In this document: positions 1-13,554 of the stretch, in pieces | How the letters are laid out: every line of letters begins with the position of its first letter | Position numbering within the stretch: the stretch's first letter is position 1 | Assembly (NCBI RefSeq): GCF_000002075.1 | Contig: NW_004797630.1 | Location: 14,819 to 78,745, forward strand | Length of the DNA stretch: 63,927 nucleotides | Direction of reading: 5' to 3' | From: Aplysia californica | Lineage: Eukaryota | Program-made: the position numbers and the translations under genes | The notes under the pieces: model-generated | The model's database searches: none | Seen by the model: the letters and a program-made list of their open reading frames with translations, nothing else | Told to the model about the DNA's origin: nothing

Positions 1-142
1 GCACTGTATGCTTCCCGGGAAGCTGAGAATGTTTCGGAGTGTTCTATGGTCTGCTGGGGTAATAATATAGTGTAAAGCGCATAGAGCCTGCAGTTGAGCG
101 GGGATATGCGCTATACAAATGCTATTTATTATTATTATTATT
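1..142 (+). mobile_element. 3' part of the same tRNA-SINE family
   Basis: Aligns by eye to 58895-59031 and ends in (ATT)n. Confidence 0.8.
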
Positions 143-578
143 AAATCGACAGTGGGACAGGACAGTCCTGTCCGAGACAAGAATGTCGTAGTGCGGTACC
201 GACTAGCCTAAGTGAACACGCACAAACGGGACTGATTCAGAGATAAAAGAACAGGATAATAGTGTGTGTGCTCAGGCGTGTTCTGCGTGCTGGTGTGAGT
301 ACATTTTTCAGCTTTGCGAGTTAAAATCCCGATTTAAGGACGCTCTAAACGCTGGGAATTTACTCACTTCTGCATTCAAAACACGCATGAGCACGCATAC
401 AGTCTCGATAGTGCGCAAGACGCAAGATCAACTCACATTCAGTGACATTAACAATAACAATAATAACAAGAAAGGAAAAGGAAAGTACGTGACAGCTTGG
501 AAAAGGTCGATGAAAAGCAAAGCAAACTATTGTAGAGACTTGACAGAACGTCGGGTTGTGAACTAAGAACAGACGAAT

Positions 579-843
579 ATATGGTCGCTTTTAAGGACAA
601 GGTGGCTATCCCGAAAAATGCTGTTTTGAGAAAATCGAAGGTAAAGGTTTTGCCCCTTGTTCAGTTTCTGTTAAAGACAAGGAGAATTTTCTCTATAAAT
701 AACCAAACAAAATAATATACACACCAAAGAAACCAAACTTCTCCTATAGGAAGGGCAATGCCCGCTTTTGGTGTAGGTCAAGATTTCTGGAAACGCCCGA
801 AATCTGGGTTAGCCCGCTTGTCCCGACTTAAAAGCGACCATAT
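579..843. mobile_element. MITE with 17-bp perfect terminal inverted repeats
   Basis: ATATGGTCGCTTTTAAG ... CTTAAAAGCGACCATAT with TA-rich flanks. Confidence 0.75.
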
Positions 844-850
844 AAATCAC

Positions 851-1146
851 GGAAGGACTTCCGTAACGAGCGACCACCCCAACAAACACAATAAAGAAGA
901 GACCTAATCTTAACCCTGACCCAACCCCTAACCCTACCCCAAACCCTCTATTCTACTCTGTTTCTTAGTGGTCGCTCGTTAAATTTTTTAGTAAAAGTTT
1001 TACGGCACTTGCAACACATTAAGGTCATATAAGTGCCGACGATTAGAGGCGTGTTACAAGAGAGTAACAAACATAAAAAAGAAGGAGGCGAGATCAGGAC
1101 GATAGATGTTTGATATGAAAGAAGGAGCTAGTTACGGAATTCCTCC
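851..1146. mobile_element. MITE with telomere-like interior; its right TIR is split by a retroelement insertion (about 981-1130)
   Basis: GGACTTCCGTAACGAGCGACCAC ... GTGGTCGCTCGTTA[insert]GTTACGGAATTCCTCC; intact copy at 15546-15696. Confidence 0.8.
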
Positions 1147-1426
1147 CTAAATCACAAATGAAAGACTCGAAATTCTCAAAGTATTGTCTAACGGACACCG
1201 ACGCGACCGCCCCCGTTCTTTGGGAAAACGAAATGACAACAATTGGAAGCAGAAGCAGAAAGAAATGACTCGTGAGGTCACGCATGCGCAAAGCAAAATA
1301 TTTTTAATGCCCCCCTCTAGCCTAGACTGGGTGTCTCCGTGGACCAGGATCCTGGTCTCGGGAGACACTTCCAATAATATAATATTAATATTAAAAATGT
1401 AGAGACCCTCGGGGCAGTGCCACTGA

Positions 1427-1800
1427 CTGTAGTGTCTTTAGGCCATTCCCAAAGGGGGGACATTTCTCGTTCAAGCACAGTAGAATTGTAAATGGGCTGA
1501 TTCATCATGTCACGCTCATAATCACAACTGTGCCTGATCTGCACCAGGGAACTGCTGCTTTTTCTTTCCTAATCCTTACTACTGTCATTTTCCTCTACGT
1601 CTTTTGTGTGACCCATTATTTCCGGGGAGCCTTGATAGTCGAAGCAGACTTTGTGCTGTTGAAGCTAGAGAGGTGAGCAGAGTAAGTCTGATTCCCTGTA
1701 AATACTTCTCTGTTGACACCCACCTCTTGGCGCTCATATGACCTTATGCAGTTGCGAGCGCCGTAAACTAAAACCCTCTACTAAAAAAAAAAAAAAAAAA
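1427..1800 (+). mobile_element. Retroelement body 'B' with shared hairpin tail and A-rich end
   Basis: Near-identical inverted copy at 38158-38530; ends GGCGCTCATATGACCTTATGCAGTTGCGAGCGCCGTAAA..poly(A). Confidence 0.8.
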
Positions 1801-2929
1801 TTATGTATAGAGAAGACAAAACGAATCGCTATCGAAGGGACGTAACCAAAAATATTTATGCATGCATAGTTAATTCCCTTTCCCTTCTTTCTGCACCTTT
1901 TTACAACATCTCAGAAGAAAGACCGAAATACTCGATAACAATAATTATTCTCCTTACTGGGGTCTCCTGTGTGCGATTTTGTGTGTGTGAAAGTGTTTTA
2001 CGGCACTCGCAACTGCCTAAGGACATATGAGCGCGCAGGACACACTAAACCTTTTCAGTTGGAAGAAACTTTGGAATTTTACCCGGGCGGCGGCCGAAGC
2101 CTACTCAAATCGATTTTGGACCACCAAGGAATATTTAACGTGCACAACTTGCACTCGGGACCTCCGAGATTTTTTCGCCCTTGTCCGAGAAGGCAACGTG
2201 TAGCTGAAAGACAGCAGTAGGGAGCCAAGGAGAAGCAGTGAAAAGGCTGCAGAAAGAGTCAGGAGCCCAGAGGAGGCGGAAAAGGGAATGGTCCAATAAA
2301 TAAACTAACCAGTAATTTAACAAAATCTGGTCATTGGCGATTTGCACTTACAAGTTTTTATTTGGTCAATTTGTGTTGACAAAACATGAAACAGTAATCA
2401 ACACTACTTCGACAAAATTCTTCAAACAATTCATTTTTCAAAACAATAATTGGACAAACATGTAATCAACCGTAACCAAACTGTATTTTTAGAAAGAAGG
2501 AATAAATTAAATATATATACAGTCTGGCACGTACATAGCGAACAGATTATCCGACCCTGAATATTTTAAACGATTTTTTTCCGTCCGTTTCAAATATATA
2601 CATATTTTTACGCCCCCATCAACACAATTTATACCATTTTGGAGACAAGCTTCTAAGATTCGAACCAGGGCCAAGCATTCTGTAGGGGAAGCTTCCCCCG
2701 GGCCAGTAGAGCCGTTTGTTTTAGTTTTAGTAGAGGTTTTACAGCGCTCGTAATACGAGCGCCAAGGGGTGGATATCAACAGAGAAGTCTTCACAGATAG
2801 TATTTGTATAACGAATCAACAGCAGGCTCTATGCGCGTTACAATCTATACTATTACCCCAGCAGACCTGAGAGAATTCTGAAACAACCTCAACTTCCTGG
2901 GAAACATACAGTGCAGGCAGCCATTTATA

Positions 2930-5075
2930 GGAGTCAGTCTATTGTTACATCATAAATGGTTGTCAGCCCATCAGTCACATTCATGGGAGTCAGCCTATTG
3001 TAACATAAATGGAGTCAGCCTATTGTAACATAAATAGAGTGAGCCTATTGTAACATAAATGGAGTCAGCCTATTGTAACATAAATAGAGTGAGCCTATTG
3101 TAACATAAATGGAGCCAGCCTATTGTAACATAAATGGAGTCAGCATATTGAAACATAAATGGAGTCAGCCTATTGTAACATAAATGGAGCCAGCCTATTG
3201 TAACATAAATAGAGTGAGCCTATTGTAACAAATGGAGTCAGCCTATTGTAACATAAATGGTTGTCAGCCCATCAGTCACATTCATGGGAGTCAGCTTATC
3301 AGTCACATTCATGGGAGTCAGCTTATCAGTCACATTCATGGGAGTCAGCTTATCGGTCACATTCATGGGAGTCAGCCCATCAGTCACATAAATGGAGTCA
3401 ACCTATAATCACAAAAATGGTAGTCAGCCCCTCAGTCACATAAATGTGAGTCAGCCCATCAGTCACATTCATGGGAGTCAGCCTATTATAACATAAATGT
3501 GAGTCAGCCCATCAGTCACATTCATGGGAGTCAGCCTATTGTCACATAAATGGAGTCAGCCCATCAGTTACATGAAAAGATTCAAGTCAGCTCGTATTAC
3601 ATGACTGGAGTCATCCATCCTGTGTCGCATGATTCTAGTCAGTCTGTATTATACAAATGGGAGTCAGCCCATCGCAACATGACTCTCGAGTCAGCTTGTC
3701 ATANNNNNNNNNNNNNNNNNNNNNNNNNNNNNNNNNNNNNNNNNNNNNNNNNNNNNNNNNNNNNNNNNNNNNNNNNNNNNNNNNNNNNNNNNNNNNNNNN
3801 NNNCAGCCCATCAGTCACATTCATGGGAGTCAGCTTATCAGTCACATTCACGGGAGTCAGCCCATCAGTCACATAAATGGAGTCAGCCCATCAGTCACAT
3901 TCATGGGAGTCAGCCCATCAGTCACATTCATGGAGTCAGCCCATCAGTCACATTCATGGGAGTCAGCTTATCAGTCACATTCACGGGAGTCAGCCCATCA
4001 GTCACATAAATGGAGTCAGCCCATCAGTCACATTCATGGGAGTCAGCCCATCAGTCACATTCATGGAGTCAGCCCATCAGTCACATTCATGGGAGTCAGC
4101 TTATCAGTCACATTCATGGGAGTCAGCTTATCAGTCACATTCATGGGAGTCAGCTTATCGGTCACATTCATGGGAGTCAGCCCATCAGTCACATAAATGG
4201 AGTCAACCTATAATCACAAAAATGGTAGTCAGCCCCTCAGTCACATAAATGTGAGTCAGCCCATCAGTCACATTCATGGGAGTCAGCCTATTATAACATA
4301 AATGTGAGTCAGCCCATCAGTCACATTCATGGGAGTCAGCCTATTATAACATAAATGTGAGTCAGCCCATCAGTCACATTCATGGGAGTCAGCCTATTGT
4401 CACATAAATGGAGTCAGCCCATCAGTTACATGAAAAGATTCAAGTCAGCTCGTATTACATGACTGGAGTCATCCATCCTGTGTCGCATGATTCTAGTCAG
4501 TCTGTATTATACAAATGGGAGTCAGCCCATCGCAACATGACTCTCGAGTCAGCTTGTCATATAAATCGACTAAGTCAGCCACCCAGTCACACGACTCAAA
4601 GTCAGCTCGTCATCGTCAGCCCATCACAACATTACTTGAGCTAGCTCATCACCTAAATCGAGTGAGCTTAGCCATATAAATCGAGTCAGATTTCATATTA
4701 ATCGGGTCAGCTCGTCATTGTCAGCCCATCGCCACACGACTTGAGTCAGCTCGTCACATAAATCGAGTCAGCTCGTCATATAAATTGAGTCAGCTCATCA
4801 TATAAATCGAGTCAACCTGTCACACAAATGAATTAAGTCAGCCTCCCAGTCACACGACTCGAAGTAAGCTCGTCATCGTCATCCCATCACAACACGACGA
4901 GTCAGCTCGTCAAATAAATCGAGTGAACTTGTCACATAAATAAAGTCAGCTCATCATATTAATCGAGTCAACTCTTCATATAAATCGAGTCAACTCTTCA
5001 TATAAATCGAGTCAACTTGTCACACAAATGAGTGAAGTCAGCCACCCAGTCACACGACTCGAAGTCAGCTCGCCG
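2930..5075. repeat. GAGTCAG-core minisatellite (22-, 25- and 27-nt units, higher-order duplication, spans an N gap) 3' of the exonuclease gene
   Basis: Units GGGAGTCAGCTTATCAGTCACATTCAT, GGAGTCAGCCTATTGTAACATAAAT and GAGTCAGCTCGTCACATAAATC. Confidence 0.95.
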
Positions 5076-8000
5076 TCTCGCGACTGGGCCAGAACCGGTC
5101 CTCCAGGAAATCGTCCTCCCCCGCCACCCCTCCCGCGGCGGGACGTCCCGCCCGCCGACCCATCCTCATCTGGCCCAGGCTGACCGCCACGTCCACCCCC
5201 TTCTTCTCCCACGCCCGGAGCAGCGTGGGTTCCCAGCGGGTGCGCGCGTACTTAAACAGGTCCAGGGAGGCCCGCGCGTCCTCCACTGAGCAGTGACCTT
5301 GACGACCCAGCTGTATCTCGCGACCTGCGACAAACAGAGAAAGTTTTTAAAATAGTTTAGTTAGTTTAAGAAGGCGTTTTACGGTACTTGTAACACAATC
5401 AGGTCGTAAGTGCCGAAGATTAGAAACCGGGAAATGGTAGAGCTTTAACGCCCCCCCCCCCCTCTTAAATAGTGTTGATTTGGTTATTTAAGAGGCGGGA
5501 CCTCTGAGTTTAACGTTCATCTTCGAAAGGACACAGCCAATTGGGAAAAGTACGTAAAGTACCTTTCCCAATGACACAACGTCGGACCGAGCTGAGGCTT
5601 GAATCCCCGAACCTGCAACCTCACGATTATGAGTCTCGTGCCGAGGAATAGATGTGTTACAAGAGAGTAACAAACAATCATAAAAAAGGAGAGATATTGA
5701 TGATTGATAGAGGTTTTAAAGAAAAGAAGGAACAAACCACACAAGAGCACCTACTAACCACCCGCAAATAGAGAAAGAAAACATAACACCATGTCTCTCC
5801 CCTTTAGGCCGCTATAGGTTTTTTCATTTATCGTAAGAATTTTACAGCACTTGCAACACTAGAATACACGATACAAGAGCCAAAGGTTAAGTGTTACTAG
5901 AGAGCAACATACAAAGAAAAGAAGGAGAGATGGGGACGATAAGATCAAAGATGTGCGGTAGAAGAGAAGGAGCAAACCACACCAGACCGCCCGCCATATG
6001 CTGTATTTATTATTTATGAACACAGCTAGGAAATATTTTCAGCTTCCCGGGAAGCATAATACATTGCAAGCAGCTGGTTAAGCAGTTAAACACCAACAAA
6101 ATGACAATATTTTTAACGACTACTGTAAGGTACCCATTCCCACCTTGGTGAAGTAAGAAAAATTGGCGTAAAGTGCTTACACAACATCTGGCCCCTACCG
6201 GGGTTTGAACCAGTAACCTTTTGGTAGCAAACTCGACAGCCTAACCACTAGACCACCAACATCATTGTCTTTCCACTACTTTTTAAAGATATTTCTTAAC
6301 ATAAGTCACAGGTCAAAATAGGCAAAGACTGGGAGATTGTTGCCTCATATCTAAGCAGCAATGATCCATCCAGGGACACAGAACAGTTCACGAAAACATT
6401 CGACTCTCCTGCAATTTAGGCAAGGAAAGGTTTCACCCATATCCTGACAAAAAACGCCTTTTAAAATTTCGGCGCCAAATTTTTTGGTTTGTTAAATCGA
6501 AAGCCTCGTCATTTACCCTCCTTTTGTGAGACAATCAAAGTGAAACTGTGACTAGTTTTTAAATAAATTAAAATTCAAAATTCTGAAGAATGCCGTTAAA
6601 AAAAAATAAAATTTATGTTTACGCTGACAAAAAGCCTCTTTATCTCAAAACTGCACTGAATTTTTTTTGGGGAAAAAAGGCGTTTTATCAGCCTACGGCA
6701 CAACACTCACCGAGAACGGCTGCCGCCAGTTTCTTGAGGCCGTTACAGCGCGCCGGCTGGCCTGCCCACTCCGAGAGCTGTCGACAGCTGGCCGTGTCCC
6801 GCACCTGGTGGGCCGGAGGGTGAAGCTGCAGCACCTTGAAGTCGTTGTAGACCGCGTGGCCCACCACAATCTTGTCCTGGTCGCATCACAGAGGGGGCAA
6901 AAAAAAAAGTGAAATGGTATATATATATAGGGATACCAATGGACTGTTGTCAAAATAACTGAAAACTTTCTCGAGATTAGATTTAGCATGGGACAAAGCA
7001 ATAAATGCAAATAAAACCCCACCATCTTATCGCGGGCAGTATTGCATACAGACGTATCTCAAAGGCCGCCAAAAATGACTTACTTCTGTATGCAATACTG
7101 CCTGTGATATCAGTTCAACAATAGAACAAGGTTCCTAACAAAAACATCACTTTTTCTTTCCTTTTATATTCAAAATAACGGAAAAACGGCATGCCTGGGT
7201 ATAGATTTAACGCCCCTATAAACAATGTAAGGTTGTTTAAGTGGTGGGACCTCCGTATTTAACGTCTATCTCCGAAAGGACCCGAGCCAATTGGGAAATT
7301 TGTGTAAAAATAAAGCCTCTTTCCCAAGGACAACAACGTCGGACTGAGCTTTGGCTCGAACCCCCAAACCTGCAATCTCACGATTACGAGTCCGGTAGCC
7401 TAACCACTAGGCTACTGACGCCACAACAAAGAGAACCCCCCCCCCCCAATAACAAGAGTGTGGTTAGATAACAGTAACTGTAATAAATCACGACCCCAGA
7501 ATTACAAAGCTGTATCTCAATCTGCTTAGTACTTAATTTTGCTGGATCTGACGCAAAAAATTTTGACTTTCACAACAATTCAAGCTTTCTAAAACGCTTT
7601 TCTTTAAATATATCTCGATAACGGCTCCGAATAATCTTACAATTTTGACAGAGCACCCGCCAACCAACCACACACATACCTCTAAACACTCCTTGATCTC
7701 CCGGAGTGCCAGGTCAATGGGAGTGGCAGAGCGCATATTGGACGGCCGAATGCCACTCCATCGAGTGCGGAAATCGGTGATGAACTCTGAAGGTCGCACA
7801 AACTTGTCGTAGATCACGCGTCCGTCGTAATCCACAATACTGCAGCGACCTGAAAGTGGAAGGGAATGACAGCGCCCATATAAGTTAGTGGGGTTTCTCC
7901 TCAATTGAACTTTATAATGTTTTACCCTCACACCAACATGGTTTAGATCTTTTCGAACACGGGCTGCTCCAACTCTGCCTGTTAGGGCCAACCCGGGCTG

Positions 8001-10882
8001 AAAGTGCTACAACGTTGTTTAAAAAAAAACAACAACAACTCCTTCTCACACTTGGGAATCCTATCTCAAACATGAATCTTCCTTATATTATCTCTCTTCC
8101 TCTCTTTTTGTGTTCGTTACTCTCCTGTAACACCTCTAATCTTCGACACTTATATCATCATATATGACCTTATAGTGCTGCGAGTGCCATACAACTCCTA
8201 ATATTAAAGCCGCAACCCAACAAATCAGCCACCACCATCACTAGCAGACTTAACTCTTTATCTCTGAGGCCACTTTTTGGCGCTAAATCTAAAAATGCCG
8301 AAAGCATCATTAAATTGAACACTAAATCAAAACAAATGAACCTGTTTCGATAGTTCTTCATCTAATGAATGAACTCCCGGTAAAAGAGACCTGTTTTCGG
8401 CAATAGCTGAAATGTAATTTGATGTCGAAGTCGCCGTAAAGGAATGTGCCTGAGCCACAGTCAGCGGCTCACCGGCACAGCAGTTCCGACCGTGAGCTGC
8501 GGGAAGCGGCTCGCCGGAGATACAGAATTAAACCATATGTATGCATATATTTCACCAACATCTGATCACTCACCCAAAACACTCTTCTTGCCCTTCGGGC
8601 CGACGCCCACCATCTCACAGTCGAGGCCAACGTACAGCTCATCAGGAATTGACTGTGACAGGCGTGTGTAGTACTCATCATTCTTCTGCCCTTCCTCCGG
8701 AACGTCAGGGGTGCTTGGACTACTGTGAACAATACCACCCAAAAAAAAAAAAAAAATAAATACAGTGGAACCTGCTCTAACTAACTGCCACCTGTTTAAC
8801 TCACTGCTGGCGGCCTATGAGAATACTCTTATCCAGGCAGCCACCTGACAATGAGAAAATCCGAATCCCTCTTTGTCTCGATAAAACTTCCTCCAGTCCA
8901 TCATTTCCAAGTTTTTTAAAAACTACTTTAGAGTTGCCATTCTCGTATTTCTGTATGCTTATTTGTCTCCTAATTTTATATCTATTTGGAGAGAAAGCTG
9001 TTGCAGTTTTACTCATTTAGTGTGAGTACCTAAATTTGTGGGTGTGGATGGAGGCAGGGCGGGTGTGTCAGCTCATGGAGACAACTCAGATGGAAATGGG
9101 TTAAGACAATTCACCTGTACAAGTTCCCATTTCCTCCCTTATGTATTTTATCACATTACGACACTGTGTATGATGGCCACCTGTCTAAGACTGACACTTT
9201 GCACAGATAATATAACTCAAACATGAGGATTGACAGACGTGTTCAACACATCCATAATTTGAGAAAACTGTATGCGAAAAATTAATAAAGAGGAAAATCT
9301 GTCGCAGAACGGCAAATTGTATCATGAGCTCTTCATGATTTCAGGTTTTCTTTATTCATGTTATTCGTGCCCAACTGTAAAAAAAAATCTCAATTAACAC
9401 TTTGTTGAGTATAAGTTGACAGCTTTTCGTGAATACTGGCCCGTTCAATAAGCAACAGTCCTTTCAAATATGTATTTGTAATCTAACAAAGAACACAAAA
9501 CCACAAAACACAATTAGTGTGGCTGCTGATCATACTTGTTGTTGGACGAAAAAATCAAACTAGGAAGTGAAATGAGATTTAGATATAAAGAGAAAGTTCA
9601 GAAAAAAGCCTACTTCATTCACGGTCCCTGTAACCATTATTTACCACTAAAGTACCTATCAATGGATCAACAATGATTACAATGAGACTTGTCTATGCAA
9701 CCTATTTAGATAGATATTAACTCATCTCTCATCCTTCCTCAGATTGTCCATCATCCTTTGAATCTTAATAAAGAGCAAGCTCAAAGTTATATTCATCTTT
9801 AACTAGGACTATTCACCATGACTGTTAATTACCATCAAAGTACCTATCAATAGGAGGTCAACAATGGGATTCCTCCAAGCAACTTACATTTTAGACAGGG
9901 AGAATTCCGACTCGTCCCCTCCTCCGAGTGGGCCATCAGATGAAGTTTCACGCTCACAAACACCCTGACCGTCATTGTCAAGACCTGCGCTGTGTGAGCC
10001 AGGCTGTCCTTGTCCTATACACGGAACTGAATCACCTGACACTGAACCCCTCAGACTGCCAGAAAAACCGCATGTTTGTTCTTCTTCTGCTGTATTCTCC
10101 GATAATTTGAGACATTTACTGCTCCGAGAAAAATCGTTTCCGCACTCCTCAATTTCATCTTTTGTCCTTGAAATTGTCGAGACCATTTCCCGTTTTCTTT
10201 TTGTAGAACAGGGACGATCGTGGGTAGCGGTACGAGTACAGACACAGTCACGCCTTTTCCCACAGCAATCTTCACATGTGTCTACGGCTCTTTTCCCGTT
10301 TGTAGAAGAATCACTGGCAACTGGAGAATCACAGATAACAACTTCACAAGAGGACTGTAAATTTTCTCTTCCCTTGACATTCACTTTTGTGTGTGAATCA
10401 TCGTTCAAACCTCCAAATTTTCCCAGACTTTTCTTCAACCTATCTTTCAAGTCTTGGCTGTAACATTTACTACGCAAGGAAGGGTTTTTCTTCTCTGAGG
10501 CAGCACCAACACTACCTCCCTCTTCTGCACTTTCACTGTCACATTCCGATACTCTATCAAAGCCATTTCGACGAATCTTTTTAAGCACGCCCGACCTGAC
10601 ATCCATTGGAACAAACATCGGAGGGGTTACATTTTCCGCTCCCCTGGACATGTCAGAGTTATCTCCATCGTCAACCCCTTCGACAGACATATCAGAAGAA
10701 GACGGACTTGTGGGCTCAGAAACAGGTCGCTTGTTATTCGTCTTTTTGCCTTTCGTAGGGAGAACTTTCCTCACTCTTTTCTTCCCCAACGAACACTTGG
10801 CTCTAGAAGCAAAATTTTGCCGGAGGGCTTCCTCTAGTTCCTCCTGCGAGATGTCGTCATCCACAACAAACATGAGCCTCAT
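5065..10882 (-). CDS. AEN/ISG20L2-like DEDDh 3'-5' exonuclease with long low-complexity N-terminus; coding exons 10882-9888, 8722-8574, 7849-7680, 6876-6711, 5324-5065 (1740 nt, 579 aa)
   Basis: GT-AG spliced exons join in frame and give YVGLDCEMVGVGPKG (ExoI), RCSIVDYDG..ITDFRTRWSGIRP, KIVVGHAVYNDF (ExoII), GHCSVEDARA (ExoIII) and C-terminal DDFLEDRFWP, which resembles the AEN C-terminus. AEN versus ISG20L2 orthology not resolved. Confidence 0.9.
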
Positions 10883-11202
10883 TGTGCTTGTTTTGACTCA
10901 GCCACACCGCAATACTTTGACTTGACACTGGCACTCACCTGAAATGATACAAAATTAGTAACTTTTGACTATTTTAACAGACTGCTTTTCCACATGAAAT
11001 AGATAATAATGCTTTAATTAATATCTATCCATGAAAGGAGAACCATGATCGCCGATGACATGCAATAATGTACGAGTGGTCCGGTATTCTTCATCCCCCC
11101 CCCCCCCCCTGTTCGTGGGTACTTGTGGCAAGGGAAACTACCCATGAATCCCCCCCCCCCCCCCACCCCCTGAAACCCCCCTACTCTTGGTCTTGACTTT
11201 AA

Positions 11203-12263
11203 CCCTAACTCTGGCAAGGGCCGATTAGATCGGCCCATTTCCTGCCATGAAACTGGCAGGGCCGATCTCATAGGACCATATAGTAAACTGCTGCTTCTGC
11301 CTTCCAACTAAATATTTGGGGCTTCCTAAAGTGATTTCTGATTGGCTAAAAGGCTAACCTCCAACCAATCAGAATATTTCTACCATTCTGGCTTAGGAGA
11401 AGAGTATTTTGCTTTCAAAACAGAGGGATGTTTTGAAAGCTTGTTGATCAGGTCACAAGCCACTAATGCCAGTGTAGATCTATCACTTGTGTGGGTCTAA
11501 AATGGCCAAAAATCGATCTTTTTTGGATACATTTGAAAGTGAATTGACTAGGGAAAGTAATTCAGACACTGTTAGTGGTGGATTTATTGGTGTTCAGTCA
11601 AGATTGGGATTAGATCTGACAGACAATGGGGATAGTACCAGTTCTCATCCTGCCCCAACTTCTCTTTCAAATGGAACACTAGATTCTACTACTTTGGGAG
11701 TCTAATAGGGGCAGAAAAAGGAGAGCTATAGAGTAAAGTAGGTTCCTTTTGCTATACTAATTATTACAGACTACCAGCAGATTGCTGAAAACCACATGGT
11801 TGTACTTAGAGTGTTTTTATGTTGAGTTTGGTATGAAATTAGCGAGTATCAGCTGCGCTCGAAACAGACCACATGACAAATTGAAACAGTCATAACTCAT
11901 TACCTGTTCTTCTCAAACCTATAAAACTATACATTTTCTGAAAGGTAATTGAAAAACCCATATTTCTGCTATCTCACATTTTTTATAACAAGAAATACAT
12001 TAGATTGGTGAATATGCTAATGAGCATGTAAATTTTTTATGTCAGCCATCTTGGATTTCAAAGTTATATAACCCCTTGAAAATTAAATAAAATCTTATGT
12101 TCAATGGCAAAATATAAAAGTTCATTCAATTATCTTTCAGAAAATATATACTTTTGTAGGGTTTTTATTTGATGCAAGTCCATAAATTTGATTTGTAAAG
12201 CATGTGCACGTTTTGGCTGATTGGCCCTGCCATTCCTGTTGAAACCACTTGCCAGAGTTAGGG
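11203..12263. mobile_element. Non-autonomous piggyBac-type element (about 1.06 kb)
   Basis: TTAA|CCCTAACTCTGGCAAG ... CTTGCCAGAGTTAGGG|TTAA, plus subterminal inverted repeats. Confidence 0.85.
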
Positions 12264-12469
12264 TTAACAAACGAAACTACAAAGTCAAAATCACCTCTGC
12301 CTCTTCTATTCTAGATCTAGACCATTATCTATGGGACACTTACTATTTAACAGCCAGTAGCCTTGCCCTTCCGGGAGGACTTCTTAGACTTTACGTGGCT
12401 CCCTTCATCACTACCAATGACATCAAAACTCTTGACAAGTCAGTCATAGTACAGTAAATGTACTGATTG

Positions 12470-12620
12470 AGAGACTGACGAACCACGATGAATGTTGGGA
12501 GTCAACAAACTACTCGATTTACCGGAAGCCGGAAGTGGGAAAAGGAAACAAGAAATTAAATACTTACTTTAGGATTGCCAGCTTGGAAAAGTCATTTTCA
12601 GTTCAGAGATCGAATTCTGT
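12470..12620 (-). promoter_or_regulatory. Probable promoter / non-coding first exon region of the exonuclease gene
   Basis: Tandem ETS-type CCGGAAGCCGGAAGT at about 12521-12536 and a minus-strand GTAAGT donor at about 12567. The ATG exon has an upstream acceptor at 10939, implying a UTR exon. Confidence 0.4.
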
Positions 12621-13554
12621 CAGTTTTTAAAAAAACTTAGGTCGTTTTGGCAGAAAGAAAAACAATGTCTTGGCAGTTTGGAAGAATTGTTTCAGCTTTT
12701 TAATTTGTTTTAAAAAAAAATTGTTTTTAATATCTGTTAAAAGCAAATCCTTGAATACCTATTAATATATTGCCGGCGCCTGCTTATGATTGATGATAAA
12801 GTAGACTTTTAAATCACACAAAACAAAGGTTCTATAATGTATAATCTCCTTGCGTAAAACACGCAAAAAAATCTTGTACAAGAAAGTTTGGTACTTTTAT
12901 CAGACAATTTGTAATAAGTTAACTCTCTGGTTTTATCAAGGGCATCAGGTTTTAAACAAAGGTTTACATTTCTGGTTTTGTTGGGTTTTTTGTTTGTTTT
13001 TCACACAAGTTTGAATGGACGCCTGGATATTATCTGGCAAGCCTGGTCTACCAGAGACCTGTTCCGCAGCCGATTAATGAACAGAGGCCTATTCCGTAGC
13101 CGAGTACTATCTGTGTGGGGTATGTCATTGATTTACACTATTATTAGGTTTATAAAGGAGGTAACTCTATGGGGTATGTATAGTATAGGCAAAGGCATAA
13201 AAAATAAGTTCCAGTATACTCGGTATAGGCCTACTACACGACAGGACAGGTTACAATCAAAAGGCTACAAAACTGAACCTAATTGGTTTTGGGTTTTTTG
13301 AAATAATAATAATAAAATTATTGTCAGAGCAAAGACACTAAAATAGGCTTTGGATGGAATATGGCACATCTTTAGGAGATAGATTTTGCGGACGACATTC
13401 TCCTACTAAACATATAAACACCATAGTAGGCCTACATTAATAGCACTCAAAAACAAATGAATTAGCAAGAGCTGCAGGAAAAGTTTGCCTTGTAATAAAT
13501 GTGTTCACCACCGGAGTGCTGCGGTCACCAGAAACTACCCCATCACTTTTTATG

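Noticed and set aside
3261-4644. Repetitive ORFs (ESAHQSHSW)n
   Set aside because: By-products of a 27-nt minisatellite, open in several frames, with no splice or homology support.
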